Positions 12,279 through 22,049 of a stretch of DNA of 64,000 nucleotides are shown one piece after another. The notes beneath the pieces were generated by a model. It searched no databases and was not told where the DNA came from. It worked only from the letters and a program-made list of their open reading frames with translations. The stretch lies in assembly GCA_035551915.1 (NCBI GenBank), contig DASZMI010000023.1, forward strand, positions 753-64,752, given 5' to 3'. Position 1 is the stretch's first letter. Every line of letters begins with the position of its first letter. The DNA is from Solirubrobacteraceae bacterium (GTDB lineage Bacteria; Actinomycetota; Thermoleophilia; Solirubrobacterales; Solirubrobacteraceae). The position numbers were made by a program, and so were the translations under genes.

Positions 12279-13959
12279 GCCAGGCGCGGCGCGCTGTCGC
12301 GATCCCGTAGCGCACAACCTCGAAGCCGCCGGTGCGGTGGGCATCGCAGTTGATCACGATCGGGATGCCGGCGGCAGCGGCGTCGCGCGCATGGAGCTCG
12401 CCAAGGTCACGGCGATCGGGATTGGCGTTGATCTCCAGCATCGTGCCGGTGCGAGCGGCGGCATCGAGCACTGCCTCGAACTCGAACTCGTAGGGCGCGC
12501 GCCGGAGGATCTTGCGCCCGCTGAGGTGCCCGATGCAGTCGACGTACGGGTGCTCGATCGCGCGCACGATGCGGGCGGTCATCTGCGCCTGCGGCATGCG
12601 GAAGGACGTGTGCACGCTGGCGACGATCCAGTCGAGTTCGGCGAGCACATCGTCGGGGTAGTCGAGGGAGCCGTCGGGCAGGATGTTGACCTCGGAGCCG
12701 ACGAGCAGCGTGAAGTCCGCGAGCGTTGCGTCGAGCTCACGCACGCGCGCGATCTGAGCCTTGAGCTGATCTGCGGAGACGTCGGCGCCAAACCCCATCG
12801 AGGCGGAGTGGTCGGTGATCACCAGGTACTCATAGCCGGCGTCGATCGCCGCCTGCGCCATCTCCTCGATTGAGGCGGTTCCATCTGATGCGGTCGTGTG
12901 GCAGTGCAGGTCGCCCTTCAGATCGGCGGCGGACACGAGCGCGGGAAGCTCGTGCCTGAGCGCCGCCTCGAGCTCTCCGCGGTCCTCGCGCAGCTCGGGC
13001 TCGATGTAGTCCATCCCGAGCAGCGCGTAGATCTCGGCCTCGGTTGCGCAGCGGTGAGTGGTCTCGGTCTTGTCGTCGAGCACCCCGTATTCGGAGATGT
13101 GCATTCCGCGGCGCACGGCGAAGTCGCGCAGGGCGACGTTGTGCTGCTTGGAGCCCGTCAGATGCTGCAGCACGTTGCCGAACTGATCGGGCTCGACGAT
13201 CCGCACGTCGATGCTGATGCCGCTGTGGGTACGGATCCGCACGGCGTTCGACCCCGGGGTGGACGCGGCCTCCACCTGCGGCAGCCCGGCCACAGCCGCC
13301 GCCAGCGCGCCCGGATCCGTCGCGGTCGCGACGATGTCCAGGTCCTTGACCGTCTCACCCATGCGCCGTGCCGAGCCGGCCAGCTCGGCGCGATCGGTCA
13401 CCGCGAGCGCGCGGATCTCGGCCAGCAGCTCCTCGCCGACGGCCAGCGCGCGGCTCAGCACGACGCGCTGCGCCGGGCCGGCCTGCGCGTATGCGGCGAC
13501 CGCCTCGAGCAGCGCCTGCTCGGCCTTGGGGCCGAAGCCCTTGAGCTCGCTGATGCGGCCCGCAGATGCCGCCTCCTGCAATGCATCCAGCGAGTCGAGC
13601 CCGAGCTCCTCATACAGCCGTCGCGCGCGCTTGGGTCCGAGCCCCGGCAGCCTGGTCATCTCGACCAGGCCCGGAGGGAACTTGCCACGGAGCTTCACCA
13701 GCGCCGGGATCTCACCGGTGCTTGCCAGCGCGACGATCTTCTCCTGAAGCGTCGCGCCGATCCCCGGGAGCGTGGTCGCCTGGCCGTCGAGCGCAAGCTG
13801 GGCGACCTGTTTCGAGGCTTCTCGCACCGCCTTCGCGCCGTTGCGGTAGGCGACGATGCGGTGGATCGACGCCCCGTCGAGCTCGTACAGATCGCCGAGC
13901 TCGTCGAACGCGGCTGCGATCTCGCTGTTGGTCGGTGCGGCGCTGCTCGTCTCAGTCAC
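12202..13959 (-). CDS. polX: DNA polymerase X / PHP 3'-5' exonuclease
   Basis: HhH LPGIG and LPGLGPK, GSARR...KDLD, TGSKQHN, PHP motifs DLHCHT, TDHS, DAH. Confidence 0.95.
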   Translation of the reverse strand: MTETSSAAPTNSEIAAAFDELGDLYELDGASIHRIVAYRNGAKAVREASKQVAQLALDGQATTLPGIGATLQEKIVALASTGEIPALVKLRGKFPPGLVEMTRLPGLGPKRARRLYEELGLDSLDALQEAASAGRISELKGFGPKAEQALLEAVAAYAQAGPAQRVVLSRALAVGEELLAEIRALAVTDRAELAGSARRMGETVKDLDIVATATDPGALAAAVAGLPQVEAASTPGSNAVRIRTHSGISIDVRIVEPDQFGNVLQHLTGSKQHNVALRDFAVRRGMHISEYGVLDDKTETTHRCATEAEIYALLGMDYIEPELREDRGELEAALRHELPALVSAADLKGDLHCHTTASDGTASIEEMAQAAIDAGYEYLVITDHSASMGFGADVSADQLKAQIARVRELDATLADFTLLVGSEVNILPDGSLDYPDDVLAELDWIVASVHTSFRMPQAQMTARIVRAIEHPYVDCIGHLSGRKILRRAPYEFEFEAVLDAAARTGTMLEINANPDRRDLGELHARDAAAAGIPIVINCDAHRTGGFEVVRYGIATARRAWLTPSQIANTRAWTDLSDLRGRRKSA

Positions 13960-14171
13960 TGCTGTGAGTGTGACGCGCTAGGCGGCGCGCCTCGCCCCTT
14001 TGTACTCGTACCTCCGCACCTGGCGCCCGGAGAGTGCGACGATCCCTGATGCTGGAGCGCGCGCGCCGGTCACCGTGACAGGATGACCTGTGCGCGCCCC
14101 GAATGCGGCGAAACCGCCGATCGGCTGGCGCTATACTTTTTGAAGTACCCAACAGTCTTAGAGGAGCCGTG

Positions 14172-14501
14172 ATGGCGGGCAACGTTTCCGAGGTAACCGA
14201 CAACAACTTCCAGGCAGAGGTGCTCGAGTCCGACGTGCCGGTTCTGGTCGACTTCTGGGCTCCCTGGTGCGGTCCCTGCCGGATGGTCGCGCCCGTGGTT
14301 GAGGAGATCGCGAGTGAGAAGGCAGGTCAGCTGAAGGTCTCGAAGATCAACACCGACGAGAACCAGCAGACCGCGATCCAGTACAACGTGCTTTCGATCC
14401 CGACCCTGATCGTCTTCAAGAACGGCCAGGAGGTCAAGCGTGTCACCGGCGCCTACCCGAAGAAGAAGCTCGAGGCTGAGATCGAGCCGGCGCTCGCGTA
14501 G
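14172..14501 (+). CDS. trxA: Thioredoxin
   Basis: [13 protein letters not shown]; RBS GAGGAG. Confidence 0.97.
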   Translation: MAGNVSEVTDNNFQAEVLESDVPVLVDFWAPWCGPCRMVAPVVEEIASEKAGQLKVSKINTDENQQTAIQYNVLSIPTLIVFKNGQEVKRVTGAYPKKKLEAEIEPALA

Positions 14502-14563
14502 CACCTGAGTTTGCCCTCGCGGGCGCTTCCGTTCCCGAACGGTCTCAGCAGTCGTCGCAGCGA

Positions 14564-14590
14564 TGTCACATGCCGTGGCGCCGTCTCGTC
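14564..14590 (+). promoter_or_regulatory. ECF41 (SigJ-type) promoter
   Basis: TGTCACA-N16-CGTC exact match upstream of a CMD-family gene. Confidence 0.75.
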
Positions 14591-14630
14591 AAAGCGTCAG
14601 ATCCCAAACGCGACGCGACAGGAGACGACG

Positions 14631-15251
14631 ATGGCGAGGATTCAAGGCGTGGCGAGGAGTGAGGCGGGGCCGGTCGTGCGGCTCGCCTACAGGTTTGGCC
14701 CGCGCATGATGCGCAAGCTCACAGGCCGTGACCCGCACACGGGCAGCGGCCTCGAGCCGATGGAGATCTGGGCGCACGAGCCGAAGCTGATGATGGCGAT
14801 GGGCAGGTTCAACCAGGCTGTCCGCAAGGCGGACGGCGTGGATGAGCGCGTGCGGCATCTGGTGGAGCTCAAGGGGGCGCAGATGATCGGCTGCGAGTAC
14901 TGCGTCGATCTCGGCTCGCAGATCGCGCGCAACTCGGGTCTCTCCGATGAGGAACTGCTGGCGCTTCCGCGCTACCGCGGCAGTGAGCTCTTCACCGAGC
15001 GCGAGAAGGCCGCGCTCGACTTCACCGTCGCCGTCATGCGGACCCCGGTCGAGGTGAGCGATGAGCTGTTCGCGCGGATGCAGCAGTTCTTGAGCGACAG
15101 GCAGCTGGTCGAATTGACCGCGCTGCTGACGCTCGTCAACCTCGACCGCTTCAACGCCGCCTTCGGAATCGGCGCGGCGGGCTTCTCCGAGGGGATGGTG
15201 TGCGTACCGCCCGACAGGCCGTTCGCGGGTACCGCGCTGAGGGAGTTCTAG
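14631..15251 (+). CDS. Carboxymuconolactone decarboxylase / AhpD-like protein
   Basis: IGCEYCVDLG (CxxC), FTEREKAAL, QLVELT, RFNAAFGI. Confidence 0.9.
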   Translation: MARIQGVARSEAGPVVRLAYRFGPRMMRKLTGRDPHTGSGLEPMEIWAHEPKLMMAMGRFNQAVRKADGVDERVRHLVELKGAQMIGCEYCVDLGSQIARNSGLSDEELLALPRYRGSELFTEREKAALDFTVAVMRTPVEVSDELFARMQQFLSDRQLVELTALLTLVNLDRFNAAFGIGAAGFSEGMVCVPPDRPFAGTALREF

Positions 15252-15289
15252 CCCGCGGACCGGATCGAGCTCGCGGGTCGCGCCCGCGC

Positions 15290-16168
15290 TCAGCTGACCT
15301 CAGCGACCCTGAAGCGGACCTCCTGGCCGGGCCTGAGTTGCGCGGCGAGTCCCAGATCGTTGCTGCTGACAACGGCCGCGACCGGGTACCCGCCGGTGGT
15401 CGGATGGTCGGCCAGCAGGAGGATCGGCCGCCCGTCGGGTGGGACCTGAAGCGCGCCGCTGACGAGCCCCTCTGAGCGCAGCTCGCCCGGTCTGGCGCGC
15501 TCGAGTACGGGTCCGTCAAGCCGGATTCCGATGCGATTGGACGCCTGGCTGATTGTGAACGGCTCGCTGAGTAGCCGTTTGATTGATGCATCGGTGAACC
15601 AGTCGCTACGCGGACCGACGATGACACCCAATACGACGGATTCGGGTAGTTCCCACGGTGGGGGCGGGTCAGGGGCGGGCGAACGGGCTGTTCGCCCGCC
15701 CCCAGCAATCGCTCCGAGGGCCAGCACCACGCCAGGCGCGAGCGCTGCGGGACCAAGCCCGGTGAGCACGTCGGTGGCAGCGCTTCCGAGCACCAGCGGC
15801 GCATCGATCCCGCCCGCGAACGCGATGTAGGAGCGCAGTCCGGCGCTGGCGTTGCCGAGCTTCAGCTCATCGCCGGGCCCAACCTCCAAGGCCTCGTTCA
15901 TGCCCAGCGCCCGACCGTCAAGGCGAGCTCGCACCGGCGCTCCGCTCAGCGCCACCGTGGCGGCCCCGTCGAACCGCAGCCGTGGCCCGGCGAGCGTGGT
16001 CTCGAGCGCCGCCGCCCCGTCCGCGTTGCCAACCAGCCGATTGGCCAGCACCAGCGCCCGCCTGTCCGCGGCGCCGGAGCGTGGCACGCCGATGTGACCC
16101 CATCCGGGGCGACCGAGGTCCTGGATCGTGGTCAGCGCACCCGGCGTCAGCACCTCAACCCTGGTCAT
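15290..16168 (-). CDS. pxpC: 5-oxoprolinase subunit C (KipA, carboxyltransferase-like)
   Basis: TTIQDLGRPG, GAAD, ANRLVGN, SNRIGIRL, ADHPTTGGYP. Confidence 0.92.
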   Translation of the reverse strand: MTRVEVLTPGALTTIQDLGRPGWGHIGVPRSGAADRRALVLANRLVGNADGAAALETTLAGPRLRFDGAATVALSGAPVRARLDGRALGMNEALEVGPGDELKLGNASAGLRSYIAFAGGIDAPLVLGSAATDVLTGLGPAALAPGVVLALGAIAGGGRTARSPAPDPPPPWELPESVVLGVIVGPRSDWFTDASIKRLLSEPFTISQASNRIGIRLDGPVLERARPGELRSEGLVSGALQVPPDGRPILLLADHPTTGGYPVAAVVSSNDLGLAAQLRPGQEVRFRVAEVS

Positions 16169-16169
16169 C

Positions 16170-16784
16170 TCAGATCGGCTCGAATCGCACTCGCACCCCG
16201 GGCTCCAGCAGCGCCGGCCGCTCTCGGCCGGGGTCGAACAGCGCCACGTCGGTGCGCCCGAGCAGGTTCCAGCCCCCCGGCGAGCTGCGCGGATAGATCC
16301 CGCAATACCCCGCCGCCACCGCCACCGATCCGGCGGGCACCTCTGTCCTCGGCGTCTGCAACCTCGGCTGCCCCAGCAGCTGCGAGGGCCCATCGGCTAT
16401 GAGGTATGGAAAGCCGGGCGAGAACCCCATGAACGCCACGACATAACTCGCCTCGCTATGCAGCTTCACAACGGCTTCGGTGCTCAAGCTGAGCCCCGCC
16501 GCGACCGCGTCCAGATCAGCCCCGTCGTATCGAATCGGGATGGCGATCGGTTCGAGCTGGTCAGCGTCATCAATCGAAATCTCGGAACTCGCACGCTCGA
16601 GCGCGAGTTCCGAAATATCGGAGATGACGCTTGCATCAGGCCAGACGAGAAGCAGCGTTCGATGCCCGGGGACGATCTCGACGAGCTGCTCGCCGTAGCG
16701 TTCCCGCGCGAAGCGGGCGGTGGCGTGGACGGAGGCGTTGTCGGGCAACTCCAAGAGCACCGCATGATCTCCGACCGGTCTCAT
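16170..16784 (-). CDS. pxpB: 5-oxoprolinase subunit B (KipI)
   Basis: GDHAVLLE, YDGADL, GFSPGFPYL, PRTEVPAGSVA, YPRSSPGGWNLLG. Confidence 0.92.
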   Translation of the reverse strand: MRPVGDHAVLLELPDNASVHATARFARERYGEQLVEIVPGHRTLLLVWPDASVISDISELALERASSEISIDDADQLEPIAIPIRYDGADLDAVAAGLSLSTEAVVKLHSEASYVVAFMGFSPGFPYLIADGPSQLLGQPRLQTPRTEVPAGSVAVAAGYCGIYPRSSPGGWNLLGRTDVALFDPGRERPALLEPGVRVRFEPI

Positions 16785-17506
16785 GCGAACGGACGGATCT
16801 CGAAGCCGGCGCCGATCAGCCGGTTGCGGATGGTGATGGCAAGCTGCGGCGCGCCGGGTGTATCGCCGTGGATGCACAGCGAGCGGAAGCGACCTTCAGT
16901 CGCCAGCCGCAGGGCTTGCGCGAGAGCGCCGTCGTGGTCGAGCACGGCGCCCTGCTCGCCGCGCGGAGCCAGCGTGCCATCGGAGTGGTAGGCGCGGTCG
17001 GGAAAGCCCTCGGCCACGCCATCCAGCCCGCAAGCCTGGGCGGCACGGAGAAGCTCCGAGTCGGGCGGGCCCAGCAGCTTCAGCGATGCATCGACGGCGA
17101 CGACCGCCCTCACCACGGCTTCGGCGACCTCAGCGCCGATCGCGGCGCGGTTGTAGACGGTTCCATGGGGTTTGACATAGACGACGTCTCCGCCGGCGAG
17201 ACGCGCGATCACCCGCAGTGCTCTGATCTGCTGAACGATCTGATCGCGCAGGGTGTCCAGCGGGAGCTCCAGCGGCCCGCGGCCGAAGTGCTCGTGATCG
17301 AGGTGCGAGACGTGCGCGCCGATGCGCTTGCGCTTGCCCACCGCGGTCTCACAGGCGGCGCGCATCGTCTCCGCGTCACCGGCATGGAAGCCGCAGGCGA
17401 TGTTGGCGCTGGACACCGCCGCGATGATTGCCGCGTCGGCCACGATTCCGTCCGGGCTGGTGCGCTCACCGACGTCCGCGTTGAGGTCGATCGTCGCTGC
17501 GCTCAC
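16781..17506 (-). CDS. pxpA: 5-oxoprolinase subunit A (LamB/YcsF)
   Basis: IDLNADVGE, SANIACGFHAGD, YVKPHG, EGFPDRAY, LCIHGD. Confidence 0.93.
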   Translation of the reverse strand: MSAATIDLNADVGERTSPDGIVADAAIIAAVSSANIACGFHAGDAETMRAACETAVGKRKRIGAHVSHLDHEHFGRGPLELPLDTLRDQIVQQIRALRVIARLAGGDVVYVKPHGTVYNRAAIGAEVAEAVVRAVVAVDASLKLLGPPDSELLRAAQACGLDGVAEGFPDRAYHSDGTLAPRGEQGAVLDHDGALAQALRLATEGRFRSLCIHGDTPGAPQLAITIRNRLIGAGFEIRPFA

Positions 17507-17748
17507 CGGTGCACGCTCTGCCCGGCGACGGTTGCCAGCGCCGGACCCAGGTCGCCTCGCGAGCTGACGCCGAGCTTCTGGAAGGCGTGCTTCAGGTGGT
17601 ACTCGACCGTCTTGGAGGTCACGAACAGGCTCTGCGCGATCTGGCGGTTGGTGGCACCTCCTGCCGTGGACAACGTCCGATCGATCGCATCGAGGGCCTG
17701 TTCGCGCTCGAAGATCGGCTGCTGCTTCGCCCTCTGCCGGGAAATCAT
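17503..17748 (-). pseudogene. Probable internally deleted LAL (ATP-binding LuxR) regulator; retains the LuxR HTH
   Basis: N-terminal PIFEREQALDAIDRTL joined directly to GATNRQIAQSLFVTSKTVEYHL...KLGVSSR. Confidence 0.65.
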
Positions 17749-17770
17749 GGCTGCCTGGGGGTCGGTTCAC

Positions 17771-20700
17771 CTACACCGTGCTGACGCTGATCCGCAGCTC
17801 GAGTCCGTCGAGCACCACGGGAACGCTGCCCCCGAGTGAGGCGTACTCGACAGCGGTCGCCAGTACCTCGCCGGCGATGTATCGCTGATGCGCGCGGGCC
17901 GCGGCCAGCAGCTGCTCGGCGCCGTCGAGCGTCAGGCGGATCCGGTCCGAGATGTCCAGGCCCGCCGCCTTGCGCGCCGCCTGGATCGCATGCACGATCT
18001 CCCGCGCCCAGCCCTCGACCCGCAGCGACTCGTCGATCTCGAGCTCGAGCGCCACAGCATGCGAGCCCTCGCGTTCCACCTGGTAGCCCTCGAGCGGCTT
18101 CATCGAGACGAGCAGGTCCTCCGCGGCCAGCGCGTGCTCGGTGCCGTTGATCCCGATCGCGACCTTGCCGCCGTCGCGGAGCGTGGCGGCTGCGCGCACA
18201 GCGTCGAGCCCGACGACAGCGGCGGCGACCAGCGGCATGTCCTTGCCGAAGCGGGGCCCGAGCGTGCGGTAGTTGGGCTTGATCTCGACCTCGCCGAGCT
18301 CGTCGGCCTCGGAGACGAAGCGCAGCTCGCGCACGTTGAGCTCGTCGCGCACGATCTCCGCCAGGCGCTCGATCGCGTCGCGCTCGGCGCCGGCGGCGAC
18401 GACGACCGCAGCGTGCAGCGGCTGGCGCAGCTTGACCTTCGCCTGGCTGCGGGCGGCGAGCCCGAGGCGCACGGTCTCACGCGCGACGGCCATCGCCCCG
18501 TCGAGCCCGGGGTCGCCTGACTCGGCCTCGGGAAAGTCACACAGGTGCACGCTGACCTCGGAGCCGTCGAGGTTGCCGTAGATCTCGTCGGCGACGAAGG
18601 GCGTGAACGGCGCCAGCAGCTTCGCGACCGTGACGAGCGCGTGATGCAGGGTGGCCATCGCCGCGGGCTCGCCCTCCCAGAAGCGCCGGCGGGAGCGGCG
18701 CACGTACCAGTTGGAGAGCTCGTCGATGAACTCGGCGATCGCGCGCCCGGAGGCGGTCGCGTCGAAGCCGTCGAGACCGCTGCGGACCGTCGCGACTGTG
18801 GCGTTCAGGCGTGACAGCGCCCAGCGGTCGAGGTCGGTGAGTTCGACCGAATCGACAGACAGCGAGGCGCTGTCGACGTCGTTGGCGTTGGCATACAGGA
18901 CATAGAACCCGTACGTGTTCCACAGCTGCAGCATGAACTGGCGCACCGCCTCGCCGAGCGACTCGAGCGAGAAGCGGTACCCGTCCCACGGGTACTTCGA
19001 GGTGAAGAAGTACCAGCGGAACGCGTCGGCGCCGTAGACATTGAGCACATCCCAGGGCTCGACGATGTTCCCGCGCGACTTGCTCATCTTCTGGCCGGTC
19101 TCGTCGAGGATCAGGCCGAGGCAGACGACGTTGCGGTAGGAGCTCTCGCCGAACAGCAGCGTCGAGACCGCGAGCATCGAGTAGAACCAGCCGCGGGTCT
19201 GGTCGAGCGCCTCGCAGATGTAGTCGGCGGGGAAGTGCGCCTCGAACTCATCGGTGCCGGCGTGCGGCGAGCCGAACGACGCGAACGGCATCGAGCCCGA
19301 GTCGAACCACACGTCGATCACGTCCGGCACGCGCTTCATCAGCTCCGAGCAGCCCGACTCACGGCACTCGAAACTCACGTCGTCGACGAACGGCCGGTGC
19401 GGATCGTCAAGCGCGACGCCGGAGACGCTCTCGAGCTCGCCCAGTGAGCCAACCACATGGAGGTGTCCAGCGGGACACCTCCATACAGGCAACGGCGTAC
19501 CCCAGTAGCGCTCGCGCGAGAGCGCCCAGTCGACATTGCCCTCGAGCCAGTTGCCGAAGCGCCCGTGCTTGACGTGCGGCGGCTGCCAGTTGATCGCCTC
19601 GTTGGCCGCCAGCAGCTGGTCCTTGATCTGGCTGGTGGCGATGTACCAGGAGGGCTTGGCGTAGTAGAGCAGCGGCGTGTCGCAGCGCCAGCAGTGCGGA
19701 TAGGAGTGTTCGTAGGGCTCGGCCCTCAGCAGCTTGCCGCGGTTGCGGAGATCCTCGACGATGTCCGCGTCGCAGTCCTTGACCTTGCGGCCGGCGTAGC
19801 GCGCGATGCGCTCGTCGTAGGTGCCGTCGGGCAGCACCGGATTGATCGGCGCCAGACCGTTGGCCTCGCCCAGGCGGAAGTCATCCTCGCCGAAGGCGAT
19901 CGCGGTGTGGACCAGGCCGGTGCCGTCCTGTGCGGTGACGAAGTCGGCGGGCAGCACCGTGTGGCCCTGCTCTCCGTACTCCGAGCCGGCGATGAAGTCG
20001 AACGGCGGCTCGTAGGAGAGGCCGACCAGATCGGCGCCGGGGAAACGCTCGGCGATCTCGACGCCCTCGCCGAAGATCCGCTTCGCGAGCGCCTCGGCGA
20101 CGATGTAATCCTCGGCGGTGCGCACGTAGATCAGCTCGGGATCGACCGCCACCGCGGCGTTGGAGACGAGCGTCCAGGGTGTGGTCGTCCAGACGATGAG
20201 CTTGCCCCGCGCGCTCGGCAGGATCACGTAGGCCGCGAGGTCGGTGTCGTCCTGGTAGGCGCCGGGCTGGCCGAGCTCGTGGCTCGACAGCGCCGTGCCG
20301 CAGCGCGGGCAGTAGGGCACGACCTTCAGCCGCTCGAACAGCAGGCCCTTCTCGTAGATCGTCTTCAGCGCCCACCAGACCGACTCGACGTAGCTTGTGT
20401 CGAGCGTCCTGTAGGCGTGCTCGGTATCGACCCAGAAGCCGATGCGCTCGGTCAGCCGCGTCCAGTCATCGATGTGGCTGAGTACGACCTCGCGGCAGCG
20501 AGCGTTGAAGCGGTCGATCCCGTACTGCTCTATGTCGGCCTTCTGCTTCATGCCGAGCTCCTTCTCGACGGCGAGCTCGACCGGCAGTCCGTGGCAGTCC
20601 CAGCCGCCCTTGCGCTCGACGTGGTAGCCGCACATCGTCCGGTAGCGCGTGAAGATGTCCTTGAAGACGCGGGCCAGAACGTGGTGCGAGCCGGGGGCGC

Positions 20701-20857
20701 CATTGGCGGTCGGCGGGCCCTCGAAGAAGCCCCAGCGCGGGCCGCCGCGGCGGTGTTGCACCGACTGCTTGAACACGTCGTGCTCACGCCAGCGCTCGAG
20801 GATTCCCTCCTCGAGTGTGGGGAAAGATGCGCGCGGATCTACTGGTCGGTGGGCCAT
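17771..20857 (-). CDS. ileS: Isoleucine--tRNA ligase (type 2)
   Basis: EGPPTANG.PGSHH, GWDCHGLP, WTTTPWTL, DWALSRERYWGTP, DQTRGWF, KMSKS. Confidence 0.98.
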   Translation of the reverse strand: MAHRPVDPRASFPTLEEGILERWREHDVFKQSVQHRRGGPRWGFFEGPPTANGAPGSHHVLARVFKDIFTRYRTMCGYHVERKGGWDCHGLPVELAVEKELGMKQKADIEQYGIDRFNARCREVVLSHIDDWTRLTERIGFWVDTEHAYRTLDTSYVESVWWALKTIYEKGLLFERLKVVPYCPRCGTALSSHELGQPGAYQDDTDLAAYVILPSARGKLIVWTTTPWTLVSNAAVAVDPELIYVRTAEDYIVAEALAKRIFGEGVEIAERFPGADLVGLSYEPPFDFIAGSEYGEQGHTVLPADFVTAQDGTGLVHTAIAFGEDDFRLGEANGLAPINPVLPDGTYDERIARYAGRKVKDCDADIVEDLRNRGKLLRAEPYEHSYPHCWRCDTPLLYYAKPSWYIATSQIKDQLLAANEAINWQPPHVKHGRFGNWLEGNVDWALSRERYWGTPLPVWRCPAGHLHVVGSLGELESVSGVALDDPHRPFVDDVSFECRESGCSELMKRVPDVIDVWFDSGSMPFASFGSPHAGTDEFEAHFPADYICEALDQTRGWFYSMLAVSTLLFGESSYRNVVCLGLILDETGQKMSKSRGNIVEPWDVLNVYGADAFRWYFFTSKYPWDGYRFSLESLGEAVRQFMLQLWNTYGFYVLYANANDVDSASLSVDSVELTDLDRWALSRLNATVATVRSGLDGFDATASGRAIAEFIDELSNWYVRRSRRRFWEGEPAAMATLHHALVTVAKLLAPFTPFVADEIYGNLDGSEVSVHLCDFPEAESGDPGLDGAMAVARETVRLGLAARSQAKVKLRQPLHAAVVVAAGAERDAIERLAEIVRDELNVRELRFVSEADELGEVEIKPNYRTLGPRFGKDMPLVAAAVVGLDAVRAAATLRDGGKVAIGINGTEHALAAEDLLVSMKPLEGYQVEREGSHAVALELEIDESLRVEGWAREIVHAIQAARKAAGLDISDRIRLTLDGAEQLLAAARAHQRYIAGEVLATAVEYASLGGSVPVVLDGLELRISVSTV

Positions 20858-20910
20858 GCCGGACAGCGGAGTCTAGGTGGAGCGATTCCGACCGGCGGTG
20901 CGGTGGGCGC

Positions 20911-21189
20911 TCAGTCCCCGAGCGAGGCGATGTAGGAGGCGGCGAGCCGCTTTGGCGCGCGCAGCAGCCACGACTCGATCAGCAGCTCCTCGACGCGCAC
21001 GCCGAGAATCTCGCCGGCGTACGGTTCAACGCCGAGCTCCGCGAGGTCGCGAAGATCATGCTGGCGCAGCGGCCGCTCCCAGGCGAACAGCTTGTCCTTC
21101 ACCCGCCAGCTCATCTGCCCGTGCATCGGCTGCTCGCTGGTCTCAGGCAGCGAGAGCGAGACGCGTCGAACGTCATCCCACGTTGAGAT
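20911..21189 (-). pseudogene. MmcQ/YjbR-family pseudogene (ATC at the start position; central segment missing)
   Basis: (I)STWDDVRRVSLSLPE...WRVKDKLFAWERPL...GVRV|EELLIESWLLRAPKRLA; lacks the usual central FTTPHF.GY-type block. Confidence 0.7.
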
Positions 21190-21209
21190 CGACCGAGGAT
21201 ACTCCCGGT

Positions 21210-22049
21210 ATGCGCCTGCGCCTCTACCACCACCGCGACGGCGCTCGCGTCGCTTACTGGGAGACCGGAACCGGTCAGGCGATCGTGCTGCTGCATTCGC
21301 TCGGGCTCTCCCACCGCGAGTGGGCGCCGATTGTCGGTGCGCTCTCCTCACGCTTCCGTGTGGTGCTGCCCGACCTGCCATTGCACGGAGACTCGGAGGA
21401 CCGGCCGCGGCACCCGTACACGCCCGAATGGCTGACCGAGGTGATCGCCGGATTCTGCGCCGAGGTCGGCGGTCCACGGGCCTCGGTCGTGGGCCATGAC
21501 TTGGGCGCGGAGCTGGCGCTGCGCACGATCGTCGCTGGTGACTACTCGCCGGCGCGGCTGGTGCTGATGGGCAACCGCCTGCACCGGCCCGCGCCGTTCG
21601 GCGGGCGGCGAGCGCTGTGGCGCGTGGTCACCGGGATGGGCACGCTACCCGTGTTCGACGTCGCGCTCTCGCATGCCGCGCCGGTCGTGTTCCGGCCGCG
21701 CTTCGGCGAACGGCTCAGCGCTCAGCGCAACCCCGAGAGCCGTGATGTCGTGCGCCACGCGTTCGCCGACGTCGGTGGCAACACCAACCGCGCCCGCGCC
21801 TGGGCCAAGTTCTCGCGACGCTGGCCGTTTGAGGCACAACGCAACCTGCTCGATGCGTACCCGTCGCTGGATCTGCCGGTTCTGTTGCTGTGGGCCGATG
21901 AGGACCCGGCGGCGCCGCTCGCGTGGGCGCAGGAGGCGCTCGACCTGATCCCGGGCTCGCAGCTGCGCACGATCCCCGGCGCGGGCTTCCTGGTCGCCTA
22001 CGACGACCCGGTGGCGCTGGCGCGCGAGCTGATCAGCTTCTGCGGCTGA
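21210..22049 (+). CDS. Alpha/beta hydrolase fold protein with atypical catalytic residues
   Basis: LLHSLG, DLPLHGDS, VGHDLG, LLLWADED, PGAGF at the expected His position. Confidence 0.85.
   Translation: MRLRLYHHRDGARVAYWETGTGQAIVLLHSLGLSHREWAPIVGALSSRFRVVLPDLPLHGDSEDRPRHPYTPEWLTEVIAGFCAEVGGPRASVVGHDLGAELALRTIVAGDYSPARLVLMGNRLHRPAPFGGRRALWRVVTGMGTLPVFDVALSHAAPVVFRPRFGERLSAQRNPESRDVVRHAFADVGGNTNRARAWAKFSRRWPFEAQRNLLDAYPSLDLPVLLLWADEDPAAPLAWAQEALDLIPGSQLRTIPGAGFLVAYDDPVALARELISFCG

Noticed and set aside
20858-20910. T-box riboswitch upstream of ileS
   Set aside because: Only about 50 bp are available and no T-box motif was seen
19457-20935. 492-aa plus-strand ORF, and similar long ORFs such as 39455-40999, 25453-26919, 32377-33675, 54724-55959 and 62219-63535
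   Set aside because: Antisense shadows of well-supported genes, expected in high-GC DNA; no recognisable motifs
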